From Synechococcus sp. (GTDB lineage Bacteria > Cyanobacteriota > Cyanobacteriia > PCC-6307 > Cyanobiaceae): a DNA stretch of 64,000 bases. The first letter of the stretch is position 1; each line of letters begins with the position of its first letter. The notes beneath the pieces were generated by a model that had not been told where the DNA came from, did no database searches, and saw only the letters and a program-made list of their open reading frames with translations. Below are positions 62,813 through 64,000 of this stretch, piece by piece. The translations under genes were made by a program, and so were the position numbers. The DNA is taken from positions 896,001 through 960,000 of the forward strand of contig JBJBCN010000003.1 in the NCBI GenBank assembly GCA_047285805.1, read 5' to 3'.

Positions 62813-64000
<1,188 letters not shown>

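Overview
High-GC core-genome segment from a picocyanobacterium (Synechococcus/Cyanobium-like; inferred from split rpoC1/rpoC2, apcE-apcABC, PII with a GSEF T-loop and cyanobacterial atp operon layout). Contents in order: nusA (partial), rimP, cpdA-like, htrA-like, rpiA, hisD, rpsT, tatD, rpoB-rpoC1-rpoC2, hli, rlmN, a Na+/solute symporter, a HEAT/DUF2997/Ycf35/ferredoxin/AKR cluster, rsmG, a biotin operon (bioF-bioK-bioC-bioD, no bioA), a Ski2-like helicase, rlmH, purB, tlyA, glnB, queF, ccsB, ccdA, ftsW, apcE-apcABC, both ATP synthase operons, ald, nadE, nadD, pepP, ycf65 and groES-groEL (partial). I saw no tRNA, rRNA, CRISPR array or transposase. Beyond the ORF track I found four small proteins not called as such (including an HLIP coupled to rpoC2 and rlmN), a three-way-junction RNA matching the ATPC motif location, a CIRCE plus K-box, and several terminators. 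The least explained features are a ~420-bp gap between ycf65 and atpC (perfect 20-bp inverted repeat next to a 21-aa hydrophobic ORF and a possible gene remnant), a low-GC 3' third of apcE, a HAD gene whose catalytic motif lies upstream of any canonical start codon, and the missing bioA. No new multi-gene system can be firmly supported. All family assignments come from motif recognition by eye, not database searches.
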